Assembly (NCBI GenBank): GCA_963734545.1
Contig: CAVTHO010000004.1
Location: 512,001-576,000 of the forward strand
Length of the DNA stretch: 64,000 nt
Direction of reading: 5' to 3'
DNA from: an uncultured Spirochaetota bacterium
GTDB lineage: Bacteria; Spirochaetota; Spirochaetia; SZUA-6; Fen-1364
Positions within the stretch are counted from its first letter, which is position 1; each line of letters starts with the position of its first letter. Shown in pieces: positions 18,733 through 30,320 of the stretch. A program made the translations under genes and the position numbers. The notes under the pieces are model-generated. The model had not been told where the DNA came from, searched no databases, and saw nothing but the letters and a program-made list of their open reading frames with translations.

Positions 18733-20955
18733 ATCGGCCGGTCACCAGAACACACGGATTCCCCGCCCATTGTCATAGAAGGAACACTCCAGAGGGTTCG
18801 CTACGCGAGCGAGGATGACTCATTCAGCGTCGTCGTCGTGGCCCTGGAGACAGGGAGAGAGGTGTCCGCCGTCGGAAACCTGGCAGGCGTGCGCGTCGGG
18901 GAGAGTCTGCGCGTCACCGGTCAGTGGACCACGCACCCGAGGTTCGGAGAGCAATTCCAGGTTCAATCCTTCATCGCCGTATCGCCCGCAACACTTGTGG
19001 GCATCGAGCGCTACCTCGGCTCCGGGCTCGTGACGGGAGTCGGGAAGGAGCTGGCCTCGCGGCTCGTGCGGAAATTCGGCCTGGCCACCCTGGAGGTGAT
19101 CGACAGCCAGCCGGCAAAGCTCCGTGAGGTGCAGGGAATCGGCCCGATGCGCGCGGAGCAGATCGTGCAGGCCTGGCAGAAGCAGAGGGAGATCAGGGAT
19201 GTGATGGTCTTTCTCCAATCGTGCGGGGTGAGCACCGCGCTGGCGACACGGATCTATGCGCACTACGGCAGGGACCCGCGCGGAGTGATCGGCCGTGACC
19301 CGTGGCGGCTCGCCGCGGACGTGCCGGGGATCGGCTTCAGGACCGCGGATGCCATCGCCGCCAGCCTGGGAGTCGACCCGGAGTCCCCGCGCAGGGCCGA
19401 GGCGGGAGTCCTGTTCGTGCTGGAGCAGAGGGCGGAAGAAGGTCACGCGTGGGCGCCGCGGCAGACGCTGGCCGAGGAGACCGGTTCGCTTCTCGGCCTG
19501 GGGCCGGAAAAGTGCGCGGCAGCCATCGACACCCTCGCCGCCCGGCAGGCGGTGGCCAGGCAGACGGACACGGAGGGAGAGTTCTTCGCGTCGCCCCACC
19601 TGGCAAAAGCGGAAGAAGACGCGGCCCGACGCCTCGCCTTGATCGCTTCGACCGCCGATTCATTCTTCCGGGACTCCGCCGAACCGGGCACACGCTCTGT
19701 GGAGGCATACGAGAAGGAATCGGGGACTTCACTCTCCGGGCTTCAGCGGGAGGCGGTCCGGCGCGCGCTGGCGGACAAGGTTCTCGTGATCACCGGGGGC
19801 CCCGGCACAGGAAAAACCACTCTCATTACAGCAATCGTCCAGATCCTTTCGCGCCGCGGATTGCGCGTGGCGCTCTGCGCGCCGACGGGCCGGGCGGCCA
19901 AGCGCATGACCGAGGCCTCCGGCAGGGAGTCCCGCACCATCCATCGCCTGCTCGAGTGGAGCCCGAAGACGGGCACATTCACCCGGGACGAGAGCACACC
20001 GCTTGCCTGCGACGCGCTCATCCTTGACGAGGCCTCCATGGTCGACATCGTGCTTTTCTCCCGGCTCCTGGCCGCGGTCCCGCCCGCCTCGCGGCTCATC
20101 CTCGTGGGAGACAGCGATCAGCTCCCGTCGGTGGGCCCCGGTAATGTGCTGGCTGACCTCATCTCGTCGGACGTCATTCCCGTGACGCGGCTTACGGAGA
20201 TCTTCCGCCAGGCAGGAGAGAGCTCGATCGTGGTGAATGCCCACAGGATCAATGCCGGTCTCATGCCCCAGCCGGCATCGACCGATGAAGGAGACTTCTT
20301 CATCATCGAGAGACAGGAGCCCGAGGCGATCGTGTCGGCCGTGCGCGAGCTGGTGACCACGCGCATCCCCCGGCGCTTCGGGCTGGATCCGCGCCAGGAC
20401 ATCCAGGTGCTCACCCCCATGCGCAAGGGAGTCCTCGGGACCGCGGGCTTGAACAGGGAGCTGCAGGCGCTGCTCAACCCCGGCGGTCCCTCACTGGGCC
20501 GGGGGCCCGTCGAGCTGCGGGCAGGGGACCGGGTCATCCAATTGCGGAACAACTACGCGCAGGGGGTTTTCAACGGCGACATCGGCACGGTGGCGGAAGT
20601 GGACGAGGCGGCCCGTACTGCCGTTGTCAGCTACGACGAGCGGACGGTGCGCTACGAGAGCGCGGACCTCGACCAGCTCAGCCTCGCCTACGCCTGCTCC
20701 ATCCACAAGTCACAGGGAAGCGAGTTCCCGGCCGTGGTGATCGTGCTGCACACGCAGCACTACGTGCTTCTCAGGCGCGCCCTGCTCTACACGGCGGTGA
20801 CCCGGGCGCGGAAGCTCGCCGTGATCGTGGGCAGCCGGCGGGCGCTGGCCATTGCGGTGAAAAACGTGGGGACCATGGAGCGATGCACGCGGCTGGCCGC
20901 GCGCCTGCGGGCTCACTTCCCGTACAGGGGCCCCAGCGAAGCGCAGGCGCGATAA
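18733..20955 (+). CDS. recD2: ATP-dependent RecD2-like DNA helicase
   Basis: HPRFGEQF, HhH GIG motifs, [40 protein letters not shown]. The frame is open upstream of GTG 18838 to 18724 and encodes the conserved EGTLQRVRY strand; the start codon is uncertain. Confidence 0.92.
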   Translation: MGRSPEHTDSPPIVIEGTLQRVRYASEDDSFSVVVVALETGREVSAVGNLAGVRVGESLRVTGQWTTHPRFGEQFQVQSFIAVSPATLVGIERYLGSGLVTGVGKELASRLVRKFGLATLEVIDSQPAKLREVQGIGPMRAEQIVQAWQKQREIRDVMVFLQSCGVSTALATRIYAHYGRDPRGVIGRDPWRLAADVPGIGFRTADAIAASLGVDPESPRRAEAGVLFVLEQRAEEGHAWAPRQTLAEETGSLLGLGPEKCAAAIDTLAARQAVARQTDTEGEFFASPHLAKAEEDAARRLALIASTADSFFRDSAEPGTRSVEAYEKESGTSLSGLQREAVRRALADKVLVITGGPGTGKTTLITAIVQILSRRGLRVALCAPTGRAAKRMTEASGRESRTIHRLLEWSPKTGTFTRDESTPLACDALILDEASMVDIVLFSRLLAAVPPASRLILVGDSDQLPSVGPGNVLADLISSDVIPVTRLTEIFRQAGESSIVVNAHRINAGLMPQPASTDEGDFFIIERQEPEAIVSAVRELVTTRIPRRFGLDPRQDIQVLTPMRKGVLGTAGLNRELQALLNPGGPSLGRGPVELRAGDRVIQLRNNYAQGVFNGDIGTVAEVDEAARTAVVSYDERTVRYESADLDQLSLAYACSIHKSQGSEFPAVVIVLHTQHYVLLRRALLYTAVTRARKLAVIVGSRRALAIAVKNVGTMERCTRLAARLRAHFPYRGPSEAQAR

Positions 20956-22730
20956 TCGGCGCCCTCTGATTCGGCGTCGCCGAATGCGGACCAGTGCTTC
21001 GGCCGGAAAATCCTCTCTGCCGGCACATTGTGCATGGCCACGGGGATGCGCAGCATGGCCGCCAGCGCGAGGAGATCCGCGCCGACGTGCCCGCAGCTGA
21101 TGGCGCCATGGTTGGCTCCCCAGTTGTTCATCACCGCGTACACGTCGCGGAATGCGCCGCTCCCGCTGACCCGCGGCGCGAACCAGGTCGTGGGCCATGC
21201 AGGGTCGGTGCGGTCCATCAGAGTGCGGCTCACATCGGCGGGAAGCTCCACCGTGGAGCCCTCCGCGATCTGCAGCACGGGGCCGAGTCCGGCGACGAGG
21301 TTGAGCCGGGACATGGTCACCGGCATGCCGCCCCGGGTCTCGAACTCCGTCGAGAAACCGCCGCCCCGGAAATACTCCAGGTTGGCCGGGCAGAAATGCG
21401 TGGCATCGAGGCACGCGGCTGCCTCCTCCGCGCTGACTTCCCAGTATGGCTTCATGACCGGTGTGCCGTTGCGGGACATTCGGCCCGTGCCGTCCAGCGC
21501 GGTGGAGCCTGAATTGATCAGGTGGATGACACCGGCTTCCGCGGCGCCGGAAAGCTTCTTCCCCGTCACCCTCTTCACCGCGTCCGGGCTCCAGAACGTG
21601 CGCACGTCGGAGAAGATCTGCGCCGTGCCGGTCAGCTGGTGGCCCAGGAGCATGGAGATCCCGTTCAGGTAATCATTCTCCGTTGCGCAGACAAAAGCCT
21701 CGCGGATGCCGTTCCAGTCGAAGGAGGTGTTGAGCACGGTCTCCATGAAATCGCCGTTGGGGAGATGGTCGGTCCAATGCCTCTGGCCCTGGAAGCCGGA
21801 GGCGATTGCGTTGTGGCCCAGCGCCTCCTCCTCGAAGCCGAGCGCTGCCAGCCGGGGATTTCCGATCATGAGGTCCCGGGCGATCATGGTCATCTTCACC
21901 ACGAACTCCCAGTCGGCATCCTTGCGGGCGCGGGCATGCTGGACCTTTGCCGCGTTGCGGTCAGGGCCTTCCACGCAATTCTGCTTCACCCAGGCGAGGG
22001 CGCGGGTGTACTCATCCGGATCGTAGATCTTCTCGTCTATTCTCCGCGAGAGCTCCGACATGTCGACCATTTCGTATCTCATGCCGAGCCAGCTCTCCAG
22101 GAATCGCGGGTCGACGATGGACCCGGCGATGCCCATCGACATGCCGCCCATGGCCAGATAGGAGGCGCCGCGCAGGCTGGCGCACGCGAGACCTGCCCGC
22201 GCGAACAGCAGGAGCTTCTCCTGCACGTCGGCAGGGATCCGCGTGTCCCCCGCGTCCTGCACGTCGTGTCCGTAGATGCCGAACGCGGGCAGGCCTTTCT
22301 GCGCGTACGCGGCCAGTACGGACGCGAGGTAGACTGCCCCGGGACGCTCCGTCCCGTTGAAGCCCCAGACTGCCTTCGGCGTGAACGGGTCCATGTCCAT
22401 GGTCTCCGCCCCGTAGCACCAGCAGGGTGTTGCCGTAATGGAAACGCCCACCCCCTCACGCTGGAACTTCTCAGCGGCCCGGGCAGCCTCCGCCACACCG
22501 CCGATGCAGGTGTCCGCGATCACGCATTCTACCGGCAGTCCGCAGGGATGCCGGAGGTTCCTGGTGAGAAAATCGGACACGGACCGCGCCATCGCCATGG
22601 TGTGCGCTTCCAGGGATTCTCTGACCCCGCGGCGTCTGCCGTCGATTGCCGGCCGGATGCCGATCTTCGGCAGGCTTCCCTGCAGCCGGTTGACCGGCGG
22701 GACAGTTTTCAAGCCTTTCACATTTGCCAT
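20913..22730 (-). CDS. fucI: L-fucose (D-arabinose) isomerase
   Basis: [54 protein letters not shown]; likely start MANVKG at 22730. Confidence 0.96.
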   Translation of the reverse strand: MANVKGLKTVPPVNRLQGSLPKIGIRPAIDGRRRGVRESLEAHTMAMARSVSDFLTRNLRHPCGLPVECVIADTCIGGVAEAARAAEKFQREGVGVSITATPCWCYGAETMDMDPFTPKAVWGFNGTERPGAVYLASVLAAYAQKGLPAFGIYGHDVQDAGDTRIPADVQEKLLLFARAGLACASLRGASYLAMGGMSMGIAGSIVDPRFLESWLGMRYEMVDMSELSRRIDEKIYDPDEYTRALAWVKQNCVEGPDRNAAKVQHARARKDADWEFVVKMTMIARDLMIGNPRLAALGFEEEALGHNAIASGFQGQRHWTDHLPNGDFMETVLNTSFDWNGIREAFVCATENDYLNGISMLLGHQLTGTAQIFSDVRTFWSPDAVKRVTGKKLSGAAEAGVIHLINSGSTALDGTGRMSRNGTPVMKPYWEVSAEEAAACLDATHFCPANLEYFRGGGFSTEFETRGGMPVTMSRLNLVAGLGPVLQIAEGSTVELPADVSRTLMDRTDPAWPTTWFAPRVSGSGAFRDVYAVMNNWGANHGAISCGHVGADLLALAAMLRIPVAMHNVPAERIFRPKHWSAFGDAESEGADYRACASLGPLYGK

Positions 22731-22791
22731 TGCATGCGCCTCCCTGATGAAACGAACGGCGTACCGTGCATGTGATACCGATCGACCCGCG

Positions 22792-24483
22792 TCAGGCGAA
22801 ATGCCTGCTCTTCCGGAAAGCCGCTTCCGCCTTCCGTGTCCAGTACTGCCCGTCCAGGAGAAGGGGCGTGAGCTCCGGAAGATCCCTGGCGAGCTCACGA
22901 ATCGATCTCAGCCCAATGCCGTGGGCGAATGGAAAAATCACCACCTTGCCCGTGTAGGTGTTGTCCATGAGCGCCTTCAGGCCTTTTGCCGCAGAGCCCA
23001 TGTCACCGATGGCGGCCAGGGAATAGGAGGTGGAGAGCCGGCCGGACTGGGTGAGCGCAAGGGTGTCCTTCATGGCCGAGAGCGGGGAGCCGGAGGAGCC
23101 GATCAGGCGCATCTGCCTGCGCACGATCGCCCCGAGCGGGAGGTCCGTGATCGTGCCGAGCTTCACTCCGGCGAAGATATTGAGCACGCCGTCCGGAGCG
23201 AGGTAATGCGACGCCTGGCTGATGATGGCGGAGACGGGGACCAGCACGACCACGTCGTCGAACCCGCCCGGATACTTCTCGTTCAGGAAAGTGTCCAGCT
23301 CCTCCGCCGGCAGGTCCTTCGGATTCTCGAATGTCAGAGACACCTTGCAGTTGCGGCCCTTGCACAGGAGCGAGACGAGGTGCTTGAGGGATTCCAGGCG
23401 CTCATCGGAGAGGTCCGTCACGAGGATCTCCGAGGGGCCCTGCTCGTCCATGACCGCCTTGATCACGTGCATCTGGCCCATCGGTCCGGCGCCGCCGACA
23501 AACCACGCGCGGCCCCCGGGGCGTATGCCTTCGCGGTTGTTCTTCCGATAGCTGTCCGCCACCTTCCCGTCCACCGAGCCGACCAGCTCGAGCTTGCGGT
23601 AATGCACCTTTCCCACGTCCACGGGGAGCTCCACGTCCGGCGCGCCGCTGTGCACGCCGAGAACGCCGTCCGCATCGATTTCATTCACCAGCCGGGCAAA
23701 GGACTCACGGTCCGGTGTTCCCGCGCAGACCACGTCAGTCGGCGCGGGGCCGTCCGCCGGCTTCCCGGCGGCCGCGATGAGGGCGCCGGTGCGCTCCGCG
23801 AGCTCTTCCGCCGCGCGCAGATTCTCCGCGGTGAGCCCGGAATGCGAGATGCGCGCGATTTTCACCTGCTCCAGGCCGTGCAGGTCGAGGGGAACCTGGC
23901 CCTGCGGAAAGCCCGCAAGGAGCAGGTGCCCGTTCTCCTTCACCGCCGTGCGGGCGCGTATCTGGTAGGAAGCAATGACGCAGGTCCATGGCTCGACCAG
24001 TGCCGCCTCGGCATAGCCTGTCTCTTCCTTCACGGGCAGGAGGTAGCAGCCCTCGTCTCCCTCGAGGATCTCGGACCCGATCACGACGTACTGGGAAAGC
24101 CCGCCGGGGATCGAGTAGCCGAAGGCAACGCCCTTGCCCTTGTAGTAGACGTCCGCCTGGATGATGTAGCGGCTGCCCAGTTGGAACTTCCCGCGCCACT
24201 TGTCTCCCACGCCGACGATCGTCATGGTCACCTCGTGCCCGGGTACCGTGGGATTCTTCGATAAGTCACGGCCTTCGATCCGGGGATGCTGGTTCCCCGC
24301 CGAGATGAGCTTGACGTCGGAGAAGCAGAGCCCCACCGCGTCGATGCGCGCGACGAGGTTGTCCTCCGAGTACCGGGGAAAGGGAACCGTGTCCGGACGC
24401 CCCTTCGTGCCTATGCTTTCGAGACCCGACCCCTTCAGCTGCCAGGAGAGTATCTCCTGCGGCAGGTCTTCGAGGAACTCCAT
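22792..24483 (-). CDS. Extended Zn-type medium-chain dehydrogenase, L-sorbose-1-phosphate reductase (SorE)-like
   Basis: [32 protein letters not shown]. At 563 aa it appears to carry a partly duplicated C-terminal domain. Confidence 0.75.
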   Translation of the reverse strand: MEFLEDLPQEILSWQLKGSGLESIGTKGRPDTVPFPRYSEDNLVARIDAVGLCFSDVKLISAGNQHPRIEGRDLSKNPTVPGHEVTMTIVGVGDKWRGKFQLGSRYIIQADVYYKGKGVAFGYSIPGGLSQYVVIGSEILEGDEGCYLLPVKEETGYAEAALVEPWTCVIASYQIRARTAVKENGHLLLAGFPQGQVPLDLHGLEQVKIARISHSGLTAENLRAAEELAERTGALIAAAGKPADGPAPTDVVCAGTPDRESFARLVNEIDADGVLGVHSGAPDVELPVDVGKVHYRKLELVGSVDGKVADSYRKNNREGIRPGGRAWFVGGAGPMGQMHVIKAVMDEQGPSEILVTDLSDERLESLKHLVSLLCKGRNCKVSLTFENPKDLPAEELDTFLNEKYPGGFDDVVVLVPVSAIISQASHYLAPDGVLNIFAGVKLGTITDLPLGAIVRRQMRLIGSSGSPLSAMKDTLALTQSGRLSTSYSLAAIGDMGSAAKGLKALMDNTYTGKVVIFPFAHGIGLRSIRELARDLPELTPLLLDGQYWTRKAEAAFRKSRHFA

Positions 24484-24649
24484 GGATGTGCTCCTTTAGT
24501 CTAGAGTACCATTGGCGGCGCCGGGAGGCAACCGCGGGCGCAGGACCGGCTCGTTCCCGAGGCCTGAGGCCGAATCGCGCTCACTGTGATGTTCGGCGAT
24601 GCGTCAATATGCTTGATGGTGCATGGCCTCACATGGTAGGCTCCCCGAC

Positions 24650-25426
24650 ATGAAAAAGGAAAGAATCGCCGCCCAGATGTACTCCGTTCGCGACTACTGC
24701 AATGACGCGCACGATTTGTCCGACACGCTGAAAAAAGTACGGTCCATCGGGTACAGGGCTGTCGAGCTCAGCAGCGTGGGCCCGCTGCCGCCCCACGAGC
24801 TTGCGCGCGTTCTGGACGGCGAGGGCCTGACCTGCTGCTCGACGCACGAGGATTCGGAAGAGCTGTTGACGGATCCCGACGCGGTCGTGGAACGCCTCGG
24901 CGTCCTCGGCTGCACGTCCACCACGTACCCGTTCCCCAGGGATCAGGACTTTTCCACGGTAGAAGGGGTCCGCCGTCTCTGCAAAGCCCTCAACCGGACG
25001 GGAAAGCTGCTGAAAAAGGCGGGAATCACATTCGGATATCACAACCATAACCTGGAGTTCCACAAGCTGAACGGCAGGACCGTCATGGACATCATCCTGG
25101 CGGAAACTGATCCCGATGCCGTGCAGATCGAGCTGGACACGTACTGGGTCCAGGCGGGCGGCGGGGACCCCGGTGAATGGCTGGCCCGACTGAAGGGCCG
25201 CGCATACCTCCTGCATCTCAAGGACTACGGCGTGGACGCCAAGGGCGTGTCGATGTTCGAGGAAATCGGCCAGGGAAACCTGGATTTCGGGCGGATCATG
25301 TCCGCCGCCAAACGCGCCGGCTGCCGCTGGTACGTGGTGGAGCAGGATTCGGACTGGGAGAACGGGGACCCGTTCCAGTCGCTGAAGATGAGCCTGACCT
25401 ACCTGAAGAGAGAGTTCGCCGAATAG
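24650..25426 (+). CDS. Sugar phosphate isomerase/epimerase (xylose-isomerase-like TIM barrel)
   Basis: QMYSVRD, GYRAVE, YHNHNLEF, ELDTYWV, LHLKD, VEQD. Confidence 0.9.
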   Translation: MKKERIAAQMYSVRDYCNDAHDLSDTLKKVRSIGYRAVELSSVGPLPPHELARVLDGEGLTCCSTHEDSEELLTDPDAVVERLGVLGCTSTTYPFPRDQDFSTVEGVRRLCKALNRTGKLLKKAGITFGYHNHNLEFHKLNGRTVMDIILAETDPDAVQIELDTYWVQAGGGDPGEWLARLKGRAYLLHLKDYGVDAKGVSMFEEIGQGNLDFGRIMSAAKRAGCRWYVVEQDSDWENGDPFQSLKMSLTYLKREFAE

Positions 25427-25460
25427 GGCTCTGAAGGGATGATGCCATCATCGGCACGCC

Positions 25461-26644
25461 GTGAAGCTCAAGGCAACCCCCGCTGACTTCATCGTCAAGG
25501 AACAATCGAGCCTGGTCCTTTCCGAGCGCCCGTCAGGATTCGCCGTATTCCGCCTCTCGAAAACCTCGTGGGACACGTTCGATCTGATCGATCTGCTGGC
25601 GCGCCGTCTCGGCGTGGCCACGGCGGACATCAGCGTCGGGGGGATGAAGGACCGGCACGGCAGCACCGAGCAGATGATTTCGGTGCGCGGGCTGCGCGGC
25701 CGGCCCCGGCCCTCCGCGACAGGAACTTTTCCCTGGAGTTCGCCGGCTGGTCAGACAGCTCCGTGACGGCAAGCGACATAAGCGGCAACAGCTTCATCAT
25801 CACCCTGCGCGATCTCACGGAGGACGAGGCGGAGCGGATCACCGTCAACGGGGAACAGGCGGCGCGGGACGGGTTCGCCAATTATTACGACTCGCAGCGA
25901 TTCGGGTCCGCGCGCCACGGCGCGGGCTTCATGGGCAAGGAAATCTTCCTGGGCAGGCGGGAGGCGGCGCTCAGGCTTTACTTCACCCCTTCCAGGCACG
26001 ACGACCAGAAGACGCGCAAGCTCAAACGGTGCGTGACGGAGAACTGGGGCGCGTGGGGGAAGTGCGCCGGCATGGGATTCGGTGAATACGGCAGGATCCT
26101 GGCGTACCTTGCCGCGAATCGACGCGCCTATCACCAGGCCCTTGCAATGATAGACAGGCGCCTCCTGGTCTTCGTGCTCAATGCCTACCAGTCGTTCCTC
26201 TTCAACGAAGTGCTCGCCCGGTGGCTGCGCGAGATATCCGCGGAGAGAGGGTTTTCACTGTGCTCCCTCCGCTCCCCCTTCGGCGTGTACGAGTTCTACC
26301 AGAGCCTTCCCCCGGGCCTGCGCGAGGAGCTGGCCGGAACGCTCCTCCCTGTTCCCGGTCACGATACGCTGCTCACGGACGAACGGATCAGGCGGATCGT
26401 CGGGGAGGTGCTGGACGCGGAAGGCATACGGCTGGCAGACCTGAGGGTGCGTCAGATGCATCGCATCAGGGTGGGCGGAGTGGAGCGCGCCGCGATAGTC
26501 GTGCCCGAGGGTCTCGCGATCTCCCGCCCGGAAGAAGACGACCTGTACCCGGGCAGGAAGAAATCCACGCTTCGGTTCTTTCTGCCCCGGGGAAGCTATG
26601 CGACCCTGCTGATCAAGAGGCTCATGCTTCCCTCAGCGCGGTGA
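25461..26644 (+). CDS. truD: tRNA pseudouridine(13) synthase; one frameshift near 25710
   Basis: KATPADFIVKE and GMKDRHG in ORF 25461; GNSFIITLR, NYYDSQRFG, AYQSFLFN, FFLPRGSYAT in ORF 25568. Confidence 0.92.
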
Positions 26645-27470
26645 CGTTCCCGCATTTTCCGCGGGCAAAATTCAGCGCGCGCTCCAGGCCGGTCCTGCCG
26701 GTGTAGCCCTTGCCCTTGCACAGCTCGGAGAAGACCCGCTCCGCCGCGCCCTCCCCGTAGACCTGTTCCAGCAGATCACGGTTCTGCAGGAGGTTCTGGA
26801 TGAGAACCTCGTTGTCCCTCGCGCTGGCCATGAAATGACGGATGACCTCGGCCGTTCCCGCAAACAGGGCCTCGCAGCGCTCCCCGACACGCAGGACGAG
26901 CTCCTCTGATTCCGTTGCGAACTTTACGCTGAGCTCGCTCAGCCCCTGCAGGCGCTCCAGCTCGGCGCGCTCCTCGGGGCTGAAGGCGTTGCCCGATGTC
27001 CCTGCCAGCTCCAGGATGCGGCTGATCTCTCTCTTCTCCCGCTCGAGCTCCGGGGCGTAGCGCTCGATCTGGTAGAGCGACTCCTGGAGGATGAGGAGAA
27101 GGTGATATCCTGTCCCGATGTAGGAGTCGATTGCCCGGCTCTCGATGCTGTTCTTCATTCCGGCCAGGAGCTCGTGCGTGGTCCGGGAACCAGTCTTCGA
27201 AGCTCCCTTCACGCCGTTGGCCGCCCGAGCGTCGGTCCGGAAAAGGAAATGCGCCATCTCCTTCAGGTCGAAGACGAGATTGGAAAGCTCACGCACCCGC
27301 ACGAACAGGCCGCCGCCGGCGAGATTGCCCTCTTTCGTGAGCCGGCGGAACTCGGCGTCCAGGGAAATGAACAAAGCGCTCGCGCGGAGGAACTTCACGA
27401 CGAGAAACGCAAGCAGCTCCTTGCGCCGCCTGCCTTCGTACTGATCCCGCATCAGCTCTCGTCTGGGCAT
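26622..27470 (-). CDS. Hypothetical alpha-helical protein, downstream of arcC
   Basis: 282-aa ORF with GGAGG RBS and typical composition; no family recognised. Confidence 0.7.
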   Translation of the reverse strand: MPRRELMRDQYEGRRRKELLAFLVVKFLRASALFISLDAEFRRLTKEGNLAGGGLFVRVRELSNLVFDLKEMAHFLFRTDARAANGVKGASKTGSRTTHELLAGMKNSIESRAIDSYIGTGYHLLLILQESLYQIERYAPELEREKREISRILELAGTSGNAFSPEERAELERLQGLSELSVKFATESEELVLRVGERCEALFAGTAEVIRHFMASARDNEVLIQNLLQNRDLLEQVYGEGAAERVFSELCKGKGYTGRTGLERALNFARGKCGNVTALREA

Positions 27471-27482
27471 GGGCCCCTCCCC

Positions 27483-28443
27483 TCACTCTGGCACGATCCA
27501 GGTTCCCGTCTCTCCGCGCAGCGCGCGGCCGATATTCTCGGGGTTGGTGATCAGCGCGCTCTTGCCGCCTGCTTCGAGGTACCAGACTACTGCCTGGATC
27601 TTGGGGGCCATCGAGCCCCGGGCGAAATGCGTCCCCTCGGCAAGCCAGCGTTTTGCCTCCGCCAGTGTCATCCTGTCGATCCACTTCTGGGCAGGGGTGC
27701 CGAAGTTGACCGCCACCTTTTCCACGGCAGTGGCAATCAGGAAGAGGTCTGCCTTGATTTCGCGGGCGAGCAGGCTGCTCGCGAAGTCCTTGTCGATCAC
27801 GGCGGCCGTGCCCCGGTACTCGCCCTCCCCGATGTCCACAACGGGGATGCCGCCGCCGCCCACCGTGATGACGACGATGCCGTCATTCAGCACCGCCTTG
27901 ATGGAGTCCAGCTCCACGATCTCCTTGGGCATGGGTGAGGGGACCACCCGCCGCCAGCCGCGGCCCGCGTCCTCCACCACGGACCATCCCATCTCACGGC
28001 GCCGGGCCGCCTCTTCCGCGTCCATGAATCCCCCTATGGGCTTGGAGGGGCTCTGGAACGCGGGGTCCTTCGTGTCCACGAGGACCTGCGTGACGATGGT
28101 GGCCACGTTCTTCCGGATGCCGCGGTGAAAGAGCAGGTTCTGCAGGGCCTGCTGCAGCTCGTAGCCGATGGCGCCCTGCGTAGTCGGCGCCGCAGACGTC
28201 CAGCGGGACTTCGTGCATGCCCTCGACCTTGTGCGCGATCTCCGAACGGCGCAGGATGAAGCCGACCTGGGGGCCGTTGCCGTGCCCGATGGCCAGGTCC
28301 CATCCCGCCTCGATCATGTCGACGAGGTGGCGCGCCGTATCACGCAAGGCCTCTTCCTGGTCCTCGACGGTCTGGTGCCGGGAATCCCTGATCAGGGAGT
28401 TTCCCCCGATTGCGACCACTGCGACCTTCCCTGCTGTGCTCAT
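27483..28443 (-). CDS. arcC: Carbamate kinase; one frameshift near 28182
   Basis: VAIGGNSL, GHGNGPQVG, PSKPIG, RRVVPSP, GGGGIPV, AVIDKD, GSMAPK. Removing one base restores ADTQGAIGY. Confidence 0.95.
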
Positions 28444-28552
28444 GACCCTCTACTATAACCTAGAATCTTCCCGACCGCGACAGAGTGGTCGCCCAATCCT
28501 CCTGCCGCCTCCGGACTTGACAGCGGTGCCCCGTTCTGATCGATTGTCCCTT

Positions 28553-29611
28553 ATGCCCGTACCGGATCCCGCGCGCACCACCAACAGGCTGCTCATTGTC
28601 ATCGTGGTCTTCCTGACGGGCGCTTTCCTGAAGCTGGTCGCACCAGTCGTCATCCTGCTCCTATTCACGATGCTCCTCGTGTATCTCATTGACCCCATCG
28701 TCGTCCTGCTGAACCGGTGGCGCCTTCCGCTCTGGCTTTCCATCCTCATCGCCATCACGCTGATCGGGGCCGTGTTTGGAAGCTTCGCCGTGCTGATCGT
28801 CATCGATCTGCCCCATTTTGCGAAGACCTTCCCGAAGTTCCAGGAGGAGATCCTCAAGCGCGCGACGGGAATACTGGAAATCATCGAGCGGAACACCGGC
28901 GTGACATTTGCCATCGATCCACTCGAAGAGCTGCGCACGGCGCCCATCAGGCCTTTGCTGATGAGCCTTGCCCGGTCCAGCCTTCGCTTCCTTTCGGAGT
29001 TCGTGCTGATCTTCTTCTTCGCCGTGATTCTCCTGGTGGGAAAGTATCGGCTGATCCGCATGCTCCTCACCGTGTTCCCGCGCCGGCACAGCATGGTGCC
29101 GCTCATGCTGAAGCACGTGGACCGGCACATGCGCGCCTACCTCGGCATCAAGGCGCTGGCGAGCCTTGCCATCGGCCTCGGCACGGCGCTGATCCTCCTC
29201 GCCTTCAAGGTGGAATTCGCCGTCACGTGGGGATTCGTCACCGTGCTCTTCAATTTCGTCCCCGCCCTGGGGCCGATCACCGCGGTGACCCTTCCCACGC
29301 TCATCACCCTGGTCCAGTACCCGGGCATAGGCATGCCGCTGGCGGTCGTTGCCAGTCTCAGCGTCCTGCACTTCAGCATCTCCAATTTCCTCGAGCCGCG
29401 CTTCCTGGGTGAGCGGCTGGACCTCTCATTCTTCGTCATCTTCCTCTCCCTCTTCTTCTGGGGCTGGATGTGGGGACCCGCGGGGGTCCTGCTGGCCATA
29501 CCTGTCACGGCCACCCTGAAGATAGTTCTGGAGCGCATCCCGGCAACCTCCCGGTTTGCCATGCTCCTCGGCAGGACATCCCGGCGCCGCAACTTCAACC
29601 CGCCGCGTTGA
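28553..29611 (+). CDS. AI-2E family (PerM/TqsA) transporter
   Basis: FNFVPALG, NFLEPRFLG, FWGWMWGPAGVLLAIP. Confidence 0.92.
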   Translation: MPVPDPARTTNRLLIVIVVFLTGAFLKLVAPVVILLLFTMLLVYLIDPIVVLLNRWRLPLWLSILIAITLIGAVFGSFAVLIVIDLPHFAKTFPKFQEEILKRATGILEIIERNTGVTFAIDPLEELRTAPIRPLLMSLARSSLRFLSEFVLIFFFAVILLVGKYRLIRMLLTVFPRRHSMVPLMLKHVDRHMRAYLGIKALASLAIGLGTALILLAFKVEFAVTWGFVTVLFNFVPALGPITAVTLPTLITLVQYPGIGMPLAVVASLSVLHFSISNFLEPRFLGERLDLSFFVIFLSLFFWGWMWGPAGVLLAIPVTATLKIVLERIPATSRFAMLLGRTSRRRNFNPPR

Positions 29612-29636
29612 CCAACGCGAGAAACCTCCCTATTAT
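29608..29636 (+). promoter_or_regulatory. Putative sigma70 promoter
   Basis: TTGACC-N17-TATTAT upstream of the CBS-ACT / aminotransferase / ppaC run. Confidence 0.65.
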
Positions 29637-29656
29637 GGAAGAATGAGGAAAACGCC

Positions 29657-30301
29657 ATGCTCGTGAGGGAGAGGATGACGCGCAATCCCATCTTCATCAG
29701 GCCTGATACTCCGATAACGGAAGCGCAGGCCCTGATGAAACGGGAAAAAATCCACCACCTGCCCGTGCTGGACAAGGACGAGAAGCTGGTGGGAATCGTC
29801 GCGGAGAAGGACCTCCTGTACGCCTCCCCGTCCGTTGCCACGACGCTGAGCGTCTTCGAAATGACCTCCCTGCTGGCCAAGTTGAAGGTGGAAAAGGTCA
29901 TGACGCGGGAGGTGATCTCCGTGGCGGAGGATGTGCCGCTGGAGGAAGCGGCGCGCATCATGGCGGACCGCGGCATCGGCGGTCTTCCCATTGTGCGGGG
30001 CAAGGCACTGGTGGGCATCATCACGGAAAGCGACCTGTTCCGCATCTTCATCGAGCTGTTCGGCGCCCGGCAGAAAGGCATCCGCATCACCCTGTCGACG
30101 TTCAATGAGAAGGGCTCGCTTGCGAAAATGACGGCCGCGGTAAGCAACGCCGGGGGCAATATCATCGCGCTGGGCACGTATCTGGGAGAGGACCCGTCCG
30201 CAGGTCGGTGTACCATCAAGGTGGAAGGTGTGACCCGGGAGAAGCTGGTTGCGGCGCTCACGCCCCTCGTCCGGTCGGTCGATGATGTGAGAGACGTGTA
30301 A
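29657..30301 (+). CDS. CBS-pair plus ACT-domain protein (AcuB-like)
   Basis: IHHLPV, LVGIV, IGGLPIV, LVGIITESDLFR, followed by an ACT-like tail. Confidence 0.9.
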   Translation: MLVRERMTRNPIFIRPDTPITEAQALMKREKIHHLPVLDKDEKLVGIVAEKDLLYASPSVATTLSVFEMTSLLAKLKVEKVMTREVISVAEDVPLEEAARIMADRGIGGLPIVRGKALVGIITESDLFRIFIELFGARQKGIRITLSTFNEKGSLAKMTAAVSNAGGNIIALGTYLGEDPSAGRCTIKVEGVTREKLVAALTPLVRSVDDVRDV

Positions 30302-30320
30302 GCACGGGAGAAATGTCCGC

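Noticed and set aside
22438-24264. Long antisense and alternate-frame ORFs (this one, 36362-38032, 51798-53648, 53706-55325, 58540-60378, 61582-63060 and others)
   Set aside because: Shadow ORFs typical of high-GC DNA, lying opposite well-supported genes and lacking recognisable motifs.
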